32,000 nt of DNA. It comes from Candidatus Nitrosocaldus schleperae (GTDB lineage: Archaea > Thermoproteota > Nitrososphaeria > Nitrososphaerales > Nitrosocaldaceae). A program made the position numbers and the translations under genes. The DNA lies in NCBI GenBank assembly GCA_013538805.1, contig JABXGR010000011.1:7020-39019 (forward strand), in the 5' to 3' direction. Below the pieces are notes generated by a model. The model ran no database searches, was not told where the DNA came from, and worked only from the letters and a program-made list of their open reading frames with translations. Below are positions 18,095-25,662 of the stretch, one piece after another. Each line of letters opens with the position of its first letter. Position 1 is the stretch's first letter.

Positions 18095-18904
18095 ATGAAC
18101 AGGTTCAAGCATCTATATATTTACATGCTATCGGATAAAGTTGATTACAGTTCGATACTTACTTACCTTACTAGCATGATAAATTGCAATGTAGAGGGTA
18201 GGGGCGAAGATGCATTGTATAGAGGGCTAGATAGGCATTGTATTGCAGAGATGTATGCATCATGCAGGATTAAAGATATCTTCAAGGATATCAATTCTAA
18301 TAATTACACTACACATGTAAGTGAAGATGATGTAGAGTATGAATTATCTATACTTAATGGTGCCCCATCGAAACCAATAGTGTATGATGGATTTAGATTA
18401 CAATACCTATACTCTAACATGATAGATGCTAATGAGAGTTCGCTTGATAATGTGCATGTAATCATAACAGATAGATTGTTAGCAACTTACAATGAAGAGG
18501 ATATGAGATACCATCTCAACACTATAGTGTTAGGATATCCTAGCATAGTTAGCATAGATGGGATCGTTGAGGCACCAGCAAAACCTAAGGCATTCTATAC
18601 ACTATACTACTATCATATATCACAGGGTAGAAAGATAAGCATGGATGAGGTTAAGAGCATATTCAAGGATGAGATACTTGAGCATGATGATCCAAGGCTT
18701 ACAGATGCTGCAAAGGGTTACATAATGCAAGCATTATTCTACAACATGCTCAACGATGTTCCATTCTGTGATGATAAGAGATGCATGCTCTACAATGCTC
18801 ACTGGCAGGATGAGGTTATAGAGGCTCAGATAAGACATGGAAGGTTATGTTCAAAGCATAGAGAGATGTTGGATGAATTCAATAAGAAGTATGCATCATC
18901 GTAG
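18095..18904 (+). CDS. Hypothetical protein; possible catalytically inactive archaemetzincin-like protein
   Basis: The C-terminal segment LFYNMLNDVPFCDDKRCML...(19 aa)...CSKH mirrors part of the archaemetzincin signature HExxHxxGx3Cx4CxM...CxxC. All three catalytic positions (H, E, H) are substituted (L, F, M). Confidence 0.35.
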   Translation: MNRFKHLYIYMLSDKVDYSSILTYLTSMINCNVEGRGEDALYRGLDRHCIAEMYASCRIKDIFKDINSNNYTTHVSEDDVEYELSILNGAPSKPIVYDGFRLQYLYSNMIDANESSLDNVHVIITDRLLATYNEEDMRYHLNTIVLGYPSIVSIDGIVEAPAKPKAFYTLYYYHISQGRKISMDEVKSIFKDEILEHDDPRLTDAAKGYIMQALFYNMLNDVPFCDDKRCMLYNAHWQDEVIEAQIRHGRLCSKHREMLDEFNKKYASS

Positions 18905-18925
18905 TTACTACATTAACAGCATATG

Positions 18926-19738
18926 TCAGTATAGACCTTCATCAACATCGTTATAATCATCCATCGTCTCTCCTTCCCCTTCTCCCCCATCTCCTCTCTC
19001 TCCCCCTCCTCTTCCTTCCTCTTCCCTTCCCCATCTCCTTCTCTTATCTCTACCTCTCCTCCTAGCAATGCTCTCCTCAACACCCTCTGCAAGCCTATCC
19101 AACTCATCCAAGCTATCGAACCTGAGATATGTTAGTCTCTCCAGTGCCTGTATTATGCTCTTTGCTGCTCTATACTGGGGTATGCTAGGATCATCTATCT
19201 CACCATAGAGCCCTATACCATGTATGTTGTTAACCTTCGCAAAGCCAAGTATGAGGCCATTGAACCCAGTTATCAGTGATGAGCCATGTGTAGGATAAAG
19301 CCCAACCTTTGCTATGCTATCTGTAAGCATAGGGCTGGTCGTTGTTACAAGTACTCTAGGGCTCTTGCTCACTCTATCTGTGAGGAATGCACCAACAGTA
19401 TATATGAACTGTACAGAGTACATCTTTGCAACATCTATAACATCCTGGCAGAGAAGGTAGAGGTCACTGCTAGACTCTGGCTGACCAAGGGAACCTCCAA
19501 ATACTATGATCCTCTCAGCATATCTATACTCCCATCTAATCTGCTCAAACTCTATGTACCCTCCCTTATCAACAACGTATGGAGGGTAATGTGCATAAAC
19601 AACCCTGAATGGTCTTGTGTTTAGTGCCTTGTTTATGAAATCTATAACTATGCTACCTACATTGCCCATATCCTGCATTGCTGCTATCATTATTGGAACC
19701 CCTTTCAGGTCTGGCTCTATCAGTTTCTCAAAGTGCAT
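18926..19738 (-). CDS. PAC2-family protein (proteasome assembly chaperone-like) with a long charged low-complexity tail
   Basis: IMIAAMQDMGNVGSIVIDFI, SLITGFNGLILG and IGLYGEI are PAC2/COG1938-like blocks. The C-terminal 55 aa or so are an R/E/G-rich tract. Confidence 0.7.
   Translation of the reverse strand: MHFEKLIEPDLKGVPIMIAAMQDMGNVGSIVIDFINKALNTRPFRVVYAHYPPYVVDKGGYIEFEQIRWEYRYAERIIVFGGSLGQPESSSDLYLLCQDVIDVAKMYSVQFIYTVGAFLTDRVSKSPRVLVTTTSPMLTDSIAKVGLYPTHGSSLITGFNGLILGFAKVNNIHGIGLYGEIDDPSIPQYRAAKSIIQALERLTYLRFDSLDELDRLAEGVEESIARRRGRDKRRRWGREEEGRGGGERGDGGEGEGETMDDYNDVDEGLY
18961..19066. repeat. Polypyrimidine (plus strand) / polypurine (coding strand) tract of about 100 nt
   Basis: It is an almost pure C/T run, including a 43-nt uninterrupted stretch (ctcctctctctccccctcctcttccttcctcttcccttcccc). 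It encodes the PAC2 tail. Confidence 0.8.
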
Positions 19739-19823
19739 GACAAGTTAGTTTAGTGTATGAGAATAATAACTCTTCCTATCTGATACGCCTCTACATACTG
19801 CCTTTAGTTAATGCATTGATTGA

Positions 19824-20651
19824 TCAATCAAGGTTTAACTCCATACTCATGAACTCTATAATATTCTTCATCCTTAAGCAATCAAGCTCAAGCAGTGGGG
19901 ATTCACATATTATGGTTATATTTAGTCCCCTCCTAACTATCTCCAACGCTAAAGGTTCGAACTGTGGCTCCCCTATTGGTCTATGGATATCAACATACCT
20001 GTAACCCTTCCTTGCAAGCCCTGTAAAGTGTGCATTTATATGCTCTAGCCTAGCATTGAGCAGTCTATCTATAACATCTGCATAGTCTATCCTACCATCG
20101 TTCCTAGCAAATATATGTGCAAAGTCCACATAAGGTATAACCCAACCATTAAGATCCTTGTGGAGCCTCAACACCTCATCAAGAGTACCAAACTGATTCC
20201 TCCTTGCCATAGTCTCTGCACCAAGCTTAACATGCTTTATGCCCATGCTCCTCATCTCATCCACTATAGACTCATAACCTGCTCTAACCATAGTGTATGC
20301 CTCTTCCTTGCTCCTCTTCCCATAAAAGGCTGAGTGTATTGCTATTATATCAGCATGCATAGCCTCGCCTCTCTCTACACACTCTAGTATCCTACGCTTA
20401 GATCTCATTATCACATCCTCATCCTCCGAACATAGGTTTATGTAGTAAGGTGCATGTATGGATAGCCTTATACCCAACTCATCTGCTAGCCTTCCCAGAT
20501 CCTTACTCTCCTTTATGCTAAGGTAAATGCCATGAGCAAAGTCTACCTCAAGAGCATTGAGCCCAAGTTCGTAAATCCTCCTCATAGCAGCCTCTATACC
20601 ATGACCTCTTGCAGTGGCTGGGAAGCCTTGAGTCCCTATATATACTCTCAT
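19824..20651 (-). CDS. nfo: Endonuclease IV family AP endonuclease (TIM-barrel, Nfo-like)
   Basis: These blocks align with E. coli Nfo metal-ligand regions: SIHAPYYINL, IAIHSAFY, KLGAETMA, VDFAHIFA, DIHRPIGE, ITIICESP. I prefer the ATG at 20651 to the TTG at 20654. Confidence 0.75.
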   Translation of the reverse strand: MRVYIGTQGFPATARGHGIEAAMRRIYELGLNALEVDFAHGIYLSIKESKDLGRLADELGIRLSIHAPYYINLCSEDEDVIMRSKRRILECVERGEAMHADIIAIHSAFYGKRSKEEAYTMVRAGYESIVDEMRSMGIKHVKLGAETMARRNQFGTLDEVLRLHKDLNGWVIPYVDFAHIFARNDGRIDYADVIDRLLNARLEHINAHFTGLARKGYRYVDIHRPIGEPQFEPLALEIVRRGLNITIICESPLLELDCLRMKNIIEFMSMELNLD

Positions 20652-20730
20652 CAAGATAGGTTAGATCCCTAGCATATTATTAAATGCAGAGTATCCTATT
20701 GAACATGCTTAACAACTAAAATAAATCATC

Positions 20731-21105
20731 TTACCTCATCCCTCCTATCATCCCAGGAGCCTTGGGCATACTCCTGTACTCCTTCATTATATGTATGCTT
20801 GGTTCTGCAGTGATAACAACATACTCCTTGTTTGCATCATCTCTAGGTGAGAGGGATACCTTCTCTCCAGGCTTTATCCTTGGTATAAAGTCCTTATAAG
20901 TACCATAATCAACCACAATGTTTGTAACATCGTTCCTGCCAGTATTTGTGATGATAACCCTGTATATGTCCATCACATCTATCCTATCCTTGAATGCATC
21001 AACCTCAAGTGCATAATCCTGGTTAGAGTATGGCATCAGCATCAAGAATGCTGTTAGCATTGCAGTGCCCATGGCAGCAGCGCCTACTATTAGGTAGAGT
21101 AGCAT
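20731..21105 (-). CDS. N-terminally membrane-anchored small extracytoplasmic protein, beta-rich (possibly CARDB/Ig-like)
   Basis: An N-terminal hydrophobic anchor (LLYLIVGAAAMGTAMLTAFLMLM) is followed by ITNTGRNDVTNIVVDYG, which resembles the CARDB-type motif. The gene flanks the amo locus. Confidence 0.5.
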   Translation of the reverse strand: MLLYLIVGAAAMGTAMLTAFLMLMPYSNQDYALEVDAFKDRIDVMDIYRVIITNTGRNDVTNIVVDYGTYKDFIPRIKPGEKVSLSPRDDANKEYVVITAEPSIHIMKEYRSMPKAPGMIGGMR

Positions 21106-21215
21106 AACATTATAATCCCTTGGTTAGATTTAACATTTATCATTAACTAGAGCATGCTATCATCATATTATATTAGTACAACCATTATAGTTATATTTAA
21201 GTTAGTTTCATTATA

Positions 21216-21416
21216 ATGGTGATGAAGAACTACAGCATAATTGCAGTACTAGCCATACTGACTATGGCAGTAGTAGCAGTAATTATGCCAAGTGCATACG
21301 CCCAGACATGGGGTAGGCCTGACTCCATGATAATTGCAGGGTTACCACTGATAGTTGGTCTAGGTACTGGCATAGTGTACTTTATAATAATATCTGCAAG
21401 AAGATCTAGGAGGTAA
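21216..21416 (+). CDS. Very small signal-peptide plus single-TM protein, unknown function
   Basis: The 66-aa product has a signal-peptide-like N-terminus ending AYA-QT, then one TM helix and an RRSRR stop-transfer tail. A TATA-like TTATATTTA lies at 21191-21199. The start could instead be the ATG at 21222. Confidence 0.5.
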   Translation: MVMKNYSIIAVLAILTMAVVAVIMPSAYAQTWGRPDSMIIAGLPLIVGLGTGIVYFIIISARRSRR

Positions 21417-21560
21417 AGAACTGGGCTTATTTATTTATTATATTTCTTATTTTGCTATCCTTCCATTATGGGTAGATGATGAGTTATGTAACCTTTTGGT
21501 ATGCTAGTAGTATCGATCATTCACACATCCTGAATTAAATAAAGATAGCGAGTGATGGTG

Positions 21561-21577
21561 ATAAAATAACAAAAAGA
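21561..21577 (-). terminator. T-rich terminator-like tract downstream of amoA
   Basis: The minus strand reads ccatctttttgttattttat, starting about 20 nt after the amoA stop. Oligo-T is the usual archaeal termination signal. Confidence 0.4.
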
Positions 21578-21597
21578 TGGTGGGTATATTGTTATCT

Positions 21598-22251
21598 TTA
21601 ATCCCACTTGCTCCACGCAGCAGCCCATCTGTACGTCCAAGTGTTCAGCTTTGCTCCCAAGGCTGCCATTGGAACGCTTATAACAGCACTAATACCTGCT
21701 GCTAGGGCTACTGGGCTGTTGTAGAACTTGCCTACCTGAGGCTCGATTGGTGTTAGGTATGCTGGGAGTGTTGGTCTTGGGTACTTGAATGCCATCTCCA
21801 ATGGGTCATGTACAGTAAGCAAGTTTATCATGTTGAAGAGTGGCATCGACATGCCTAGTAGAGAGCCTCCTATGAGTATCGCTGCATGCTTGTTCCTCCT
21901 GGTTGCCCAGTATGCTAGATCCAATAGCATTGCACTTGGTATCCACACTGGGACTATCATGAAGTCGTATGGGTAGCCTAACCCTCCAATCCAAGCCCAT
22001 TTTGCAACCCAGGTGTAGATGGTCATTATTGTAGCGTAATAGGTTGCTGTACCAGGCACACCTGTGAATAGCAGGTAGTAGATGGCACCAACCACAAGCA
22101 TGGTTGACTGGCTAAGATTAAAGATCACAAAGGATGTCCACATCCAGTCAGAGTAGAAGATGTAGTCTCCAGCATTGATGGTCAGTAGCGTTGAGTTCAC
22201 TGCAACTACCACTATGAACAGGTAGTGTATTGTTCGTCTAATCCAGACCAT
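21598..22251 (-). CDS. amoA: Ammonia monooxygenase subunit A (archaeal type)
   Basis: The 217-aa product begins MVWIRRTIHYLFIVVVAVNSTLLTINAGDYIFYSDWMWTSF, nearly identical to the N-terminus of known thaumarchaeal AmoA. It has the expected length and 6 TM segments. Confidence 0.97.
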   Translation of the reverse strand: MVWIRRTIHYLFIVVVAVNSTLLTINAGDYIFYSDWMWTSFVIFNLSQSTMLVVGAIYYLLFTGVPGTATYYATIMTIYTWVAKWAWIGGLGYPYDFMIVPVWIPSAMLLDLAYWATRRNKHAAILIGGSLLGMSMPLFNMINLLTVHDPLEMAFKYPRPTLPAYLTPIEPQVGKFYNSPVALAAGISAVISVPMAALGAKLNTWTYRWAAAWSKWD

Positions 22252-22274
22252 TAGAATAATGTACTATACCCATA

Positions 22275-22282
22275 TATATAAA
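22275..22282 (-). promoter_or_regulatory. TATA-box-like element (minus-strand TTTATATA) for amoA
   Basis: About 24 nt separate the TATA 3' edge from the amoA ATG, consistent with a leaderless mRNA. Confidence 0.5.
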
Positions 22283-22347
22283 ACTTACTCTAGGTTAGTG
22301 CTAATAAATTATTAGAATAAAAATAAAATTAAGAAATATTTATAATT

Positions 22348-22608
22348 CTAGGGGATGGCTGGCTTCTCCATGGCAACTTTCCAGATGAAGATGAATCCAA
22401 AGACAATTATGACTGTCAACACGCTCAGTGCATACATCCCAGAACTGAATGGGTATGCCCATGCATAGTATGTGAACCCTACCCAGACACCAAATGCTGT
22501 TGCTGCCCACGCCATTATTGCTCCAATTATATATAAGCCCTTCATATGCTCTGTCCTCTTGCCTATCATCCTCTCTATCTCATCCTTGGGCGCCTCTTTC
22601 TTTGACAT
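22348..22608 (-). CDS. amoX: AmoX, the small two-TM protein conserved between amoA and amoC in ammonia-oxidising archaea
   Basis: The 86-aa product has two TM helices and sits between amoA and amoC, exactly as described for amoX. Confidence 0.8.
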   Translation of the reverse strand: MSKKEAPKDEIERMIGKRTEHMKGLYIIGAIMAWAATAFGVWVGFTYYAWAYPFSSGMYALSVLTVIIVFGFIFIWKVAMEKPAIP

Positions 22609-22630
22609 TAAGAATAATAAAACATATGCA

Positions 22631-22639
22631 TTATTAAAG
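22631..22639 (-). promoter_or_regulatory. TATA-box-like element (minus-strand CTTTAATAA) for amoX
   Basis: 22 nt separate this element from the amoX ATG at 22608. Confidence 0.45.
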
Positions 22640-22666
22640 TTTACTTTTGAACTACTGCTGGATAAT

Positions 22667-22698
22667 TAAAAAAAGAAAAGGGAGTTGCCCATTAGGGC
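22667..22698 (-). terminator. Hairpin plus U-tract terminator-like element downstream of amoC
   Basis: The stem is TGCCC (22685-22689) paired with GGGCA (22694-22698), with a 4-nt loop. On the minus strand it is followed by cttttctttttttaatt. Confidence 0.45.
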
Positions 22699-22748
22699 AG
22701 TTGCAATTTGTTTGCCTTGCCCACCTTGCTTGATATACCTTCTACTTC

Positions 22749-23312
22749 TTATGGTATGCTCCTGCTGTACAACTTGCCCTCTAGTGCAAGCTTGTACATC
22801 TCTGCAACGTATGGGTTGCTTGGTGGTGTCTCCATTCCTAGCTCTACCATCCTAACGTAGAGCCTTACCACATAGGCTAGAGCACCCATGAATGCTACAA
22901 CGACACCCATGTTGAATGACCAGTGGTTTGGAACTGCGAATACCTCCTCAACGAACCAGAAGTGCCACATCTCATTTATGCCTATGGTGAACATTGTACC
23001 TAAGTAGCCTATGATGGTCATCTTTATACCAGTGTTAACACTGTTGTTTGGACCCCTCATCAGTGGCACCCTTCTGTCATATATCATTATTGCACCCCAG
23101 CCTAGTGGTAGGGCTACGAAGTGGGAGTATAGCCACCAGTGTGCTGGTGTGAATGCACTATCCCTTATACTTGTCTGGTGAAGTGAGCCATCTACGAAGT
23201 TATCAACCTCAACACTTGCTGCAACTGAACCCATCACTATGACCATTATCAGTATCTTCTTCAGCCTCTGCATCTCAACCTCCTTTGGTAGTAGTGCTGG
23301 CATCTGAGCCAT
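22749..23312 (-). CDS. amoC: Ammonia monooxygenase subunit C (archaeal type)
   Basis: The 187-aa product carries TPAHWWLYSHFVALPLGWGA and EMWHFWFVEEVFAVPNHW blocks characteristic of thaumarchaeal AmoC. The genomic context supports the call. Confidence 0.95.
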   Translation of the reverse strand: MAQMPALLPKEVEMQRLKKILIMVIVMGSVAASVEVDNFVDGSLHQTSIRDSAFTPAHWWLYSHFVALPLGWGAIMIYDRRVPLMRGPNNSVNTGIKMTIIGYLGTMFTIGINEMWHFWFVEEVFAVPNHWSFNMGVVVAFMGALAYVVRLYVRMVELGMETPPSNPYVAEMYKLALEGKLYSRSIP

Positions 23313-23324
23313 ACCGCTTCAACT

Positions 23325-23341
23325 CTTGCTATCAGAGCAAG
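23325..23341. promoter_or_regulatory. Perfect 6-bp inverted repeat (CTTGCT-N5-AGCAAG) between the amoC TATA box and the ATG
   Basis: The repeat was read directly from the sequence. It occupies about -29 to -13 relative to the amoC ATG, immediately downstream of the TATA-like element. Confidence 0.4.
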
Positions 23342-23342
23342 G

Positions 23343-23350
23343 TATATTTA
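23343..23350 (-). promoter_or_regulatory. TATA-box-like element (minus-strand TAAATATA) for amoC
   Basis: It lies 30 nt upstream of the amoC ATG. This spacing is longer than for the other amo genes. Confidence 0.4.
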
Positions 23351-23593
23351 CCTTATGATAGAAATTATCAAATTAAATCTATATTAATTCTAAAAAAAGG
23401 TTATATAACATTAGATAAATATGTGAAAAGCCATATTTATATCGAATTATCTAAATGATCATATGATAAATAGATATGATTAACAATAGAATTCAATATA
23501 AGTAGATGTCCTTAAAGAAGTATTTCATTTATTGTTTATAAGTATACTCACATATCGCTTTACATATAAATCAAAAATGGGTTGGCAATGTAA

Positions 23594-23603
23594 AAATATA
23601 TAT
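23594..23603 (+). promoter_or_regulatory. TATA-box-like element (AAATATATAT) for amoB
   Basis: 24 nt separate this element from the amoB ATG at 23628. Confidence 0.45.
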
Positions 23604-23627
23604 CTATGTTAGTACAAGATTCTAATA

Positions 23628-24257
23628 ATGAAGGTAATGCATGTAGCATTGCTGACTGCAGTGGCGGTAGTACTGGTCCTTGGCTCATTTGCGCCCATGA
23701 TGAAGGATGCATTTGCACATGGTGTCCAGGCACAGTTACAGAGCAGGTTCGTAAAGATAGAGGATGAGACATTCTCAACATTCAGGGTCATTACAAAGCA
23801 AGAGTATGCAAACAGGACAGGGTTGACACTTGAGCAGATAGATGCTATGGGCTGTGACCCAAGAAGACAGGATATACTGATAGTTACTGGAAGGCTTGTA
23901 AGCCAGGTTAACAAGGATCTAAGGGCATGGATCTCCCTCTTCAACGAGTCAACCAATGCAGGCAACAGGTGGGAGTTCATATCAAGGGAGCCACCAGGTA
24001 ATGTATTCGATATACCTCCAGGTGGAGAGGTTCCATATAAGCTGTGTGTATCAGCACTTGAGCCTGGAACATACCATACGCATACACAGTTGAATGTAGC
24101 TAGTGTTGGTCCAGGTCTTGGTCCAGGTGCAACAATAGTAGTAGAGGGAGAGCCAACGATGAAGCCAATGTCAGTAGGTAATGTGATATATCAGACCATA
24201 CTGATTGCAATAGGTTTAGCAATATCATTTGCAACAAGACCATGGCAGGTTATATAA
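23628..24257 (+). CDS. amoB: Ammonia monooxygenase subunit B (archaeal short form)
   Basis: A signal peptide ends AFA, followed by HGVQAQLQSRF, the hallmark mature N-terminus of archaeal AmoB. His31 plus the His150-x-His152 motif (YHTHTQ) correspond to the CuB ligands of PmoB. A C-terminal TM anchor is present. Confidence 0.93.
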   Translation: MKVMHVALLTAVAVVLVLGSFAPMMKDAFAHGVQAQLQSRFVKIEDETFSTFRVITKQEYANRTGLTLEQIDAMGCDPRRQDILIVTGRLVSQVNKDLRAWISLFNESTNAGNRWEFISREPPGNVFDIPPGGEVPYKLCVSALEPGTYHTHTQLNVASVGPGLGPGATIVVEGEPTMKPMSVGNVIYQTILIAIGLAISFATRPWQVI

Positions 24258-24280
24258 CAGCATAATATACCATCAACATC

Positions 24281-24304
24281 CTTTCTTTTGTTTTGATTTA
24301 TTTA
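24281..24304 (+). terminator. T-rich terminator-like tract downstream of amoB
   Basis: ctttcttttgttttgatttattta begins 24 nt after the amoB stop. Confidence 0.45.
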
Positions 24305-24806
24305 CAAACATGCCCATACATACATACAGAAGATTATCATATTCTGCACAGTCTTGATTAATAAAAGGTGTATCATCTATCTAGTTATCTGTAAATACAA
24401 CATTGATGTAGTACATACATTAACAGGAATCGCTCTTTCCTCTACATATAAGATGTAAACAAGATATAGCAAGAATGTTAAGGTTATGGATAGCAGGCTA
24501 CTAACCGTACTCTTCAATAGTACAGAATGGTGGTCATGCTTGTACTTCTTGCATGAGTTGATGGTTTATTTTTACTTAAGTGGCTAGTCCCACAAAGCAT
24601 ATAATGCTAGCATCTAGCATAGAACATAGATATTAGTAGAGGTGTCATCTTTCACTTTATGAGGCTGAGTTACAGCATTTAGTGCTAACATCGTATACCA
24701 TATATTTTATCAGACAGGACCATCGTAAAGCTAGAATCTATTGGATATATGCTATAATAACAATAAATTTATAATATAAAAAAGGAGAATTTGGCTGTTA
24801 TTATTA

Positions 24807-25076
24807 TTACCTTCTCCTCTCCTCTGGCAATAAGCCTATACCTTCCCTCTCGTAGTACCTCTCCAGCTCCTGTACCCAAGTCTCCCTTGCAGTGCCTCCT
24901 ATACCCTTGTGTCTTATCCAGTATGCTATAACGCTCAGCAGGAATATGCCAAACATCATAGTGCCGAATATGTAGATCATCACATCGTAGAAGAGTGGGT
25001 CATATGCTGGGCCTATCTGCAGCACTATGCTCTTTATACCCATAGCCAGCGTTGCAATATCCATTAGTATAATCAT
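24807..25076 (-). CDS. Small two-TM membrane protein with a charged C-terminal tail; candidate accessory AMO subunit (AmoY/AmoZ class)
   Basis: The 89-aa product has two hydrophobic helices and then RETWVQELERYYEREG...EERRR. It is positioned next to amoB. The minus strand carries TTTTTTATAA at 25111-25120. Confidence 0.55.
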   Translation of the reverse strand: MIILMDIATLAMGIKSIVLQIGPAYDPLFYDVMIYIFGTMMFGIFLLSVIAYWIRHKGIGGTARETWVQELERYYEREGIGLLPEERRR

Positions 25077-25270
25077 CTAAGAGCATGAATATATACATTT
25101 CCGTTTTGCCTTATAAAAAATTTAGTTGACCTCAGATCTGCTAGTATCATTACTAGATATAACCACTATATCCATATAATAAAGTCACATAAGCATGAAT
25201 TATGATCCAATTATAATATATAGATGATGGGATAGAACATCAATAATAAAAAGTAGAATTGTATGTACAG

Positions 25271-25639
25271 TTATGTGCTCTTCTGTATCTTTGGCTTCCT
25301 TAGTGCCATTGCAAAGAATGCTGCAGATATGCCTCCAAATATGGCACCAAGAGCAGCAACATATATGCCTAGTTCACCGAATGTCCTTGCTACCATTGAT
25401 GTACCAGAGCCATATGCTCCCTCTTGCTGTGCTGTTGTGAGCCTCTTCTTTGCTAGTATGGAGTGCTGTGTACATGCAAACTCTGGTATGCCAAGTTGCT
25501 TGCACTCCTCCAACTGCTCAGGAGTAGCAGTTATATCACCACCAGCAGTGCCATACAGCTGTGCCATTGCTACTGAACTTCCTCCTATCCATGTTGCAAT
25601 TACTCCAGCCACAACTGCTAGAAGTGCAAACTTATTCAT
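25271..25639 (-). CDS. Signal-peptide protein with a small two-Cys ectodomain and a C-terminal TM anchor; candidate accessory AMO subunit (AmoY/AmoZ class)
   Basis: MNKFALLAVVAGVIATWIGGSSVAMA-Q is a classic signal peptide. It is followed by an ectodomain of about 60 aa (EECKQLGIPEFACTQH), a Gly/Ala-rich TM helix and a basic tail. I prefer the ATG at 25639 to the TTG at 25657 because of the TATA spacing. Confidence 0.6.
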   Translation of the reverse strand: MNKFALLAVVAGVIATWIGGSSVAMAQLYGTAGGDITATPEQLEECKQLGIPEFACTQHSILAKKRLTTAQQEGAYGSGTSMVARTFGELGIYVAALGAIFGGISAAFFAMALRKPKIQKST

Positions 25640-25662
25640 GTAAGTCTTAATGTACAAATGAT

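Noticed and set aside
18926-18940. The PAC2-family protein ends in ...EGLY, reminiscent of an HbYX proteasome-docking motif.
   Set aside because: HbYX requires one more residue after the Tyr. Here Tyr is the terminal residue, so the motif is not satisfied.
21476-21533. A possible C/D-box sRNA: ATGATGA (C box) at 21476-21482 and CTGA (D box) at 21530-21533, 58 nt overall, in the spacer downstream of amoA.
   Set aside because: The internal D' and C' boxes are not recognisable at the required 12-nt guide spacing, and there is no terminal stem. GATGA strings are common throughout this genome, so chance occurrence is likely. It would need Infernal or snoscan and RNA-seq to revive.
24486-24587. 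A 33-codon ORF (MDSRLLTVLFNSTEWWSCLYFLHELMVYFYLSG) in the amoB-distal spacer.
   Set aside because: It is too short, has odd composition, and has no convincing TATA at the usual spacing. I kept it only as a note within the spacer finding.
25263-25643. A plus-strand 126-aa ORF overlapping the minus-strand 122-aa signal-peptide gene.
   Set aside because: The plus-strand translation is Cys/Pro/Ser-rich with no structure. The minus-strand product has a textbook signal peptide, a TM anchor, the local codon bias, and a TATA-like element 23 nt from its ATG.
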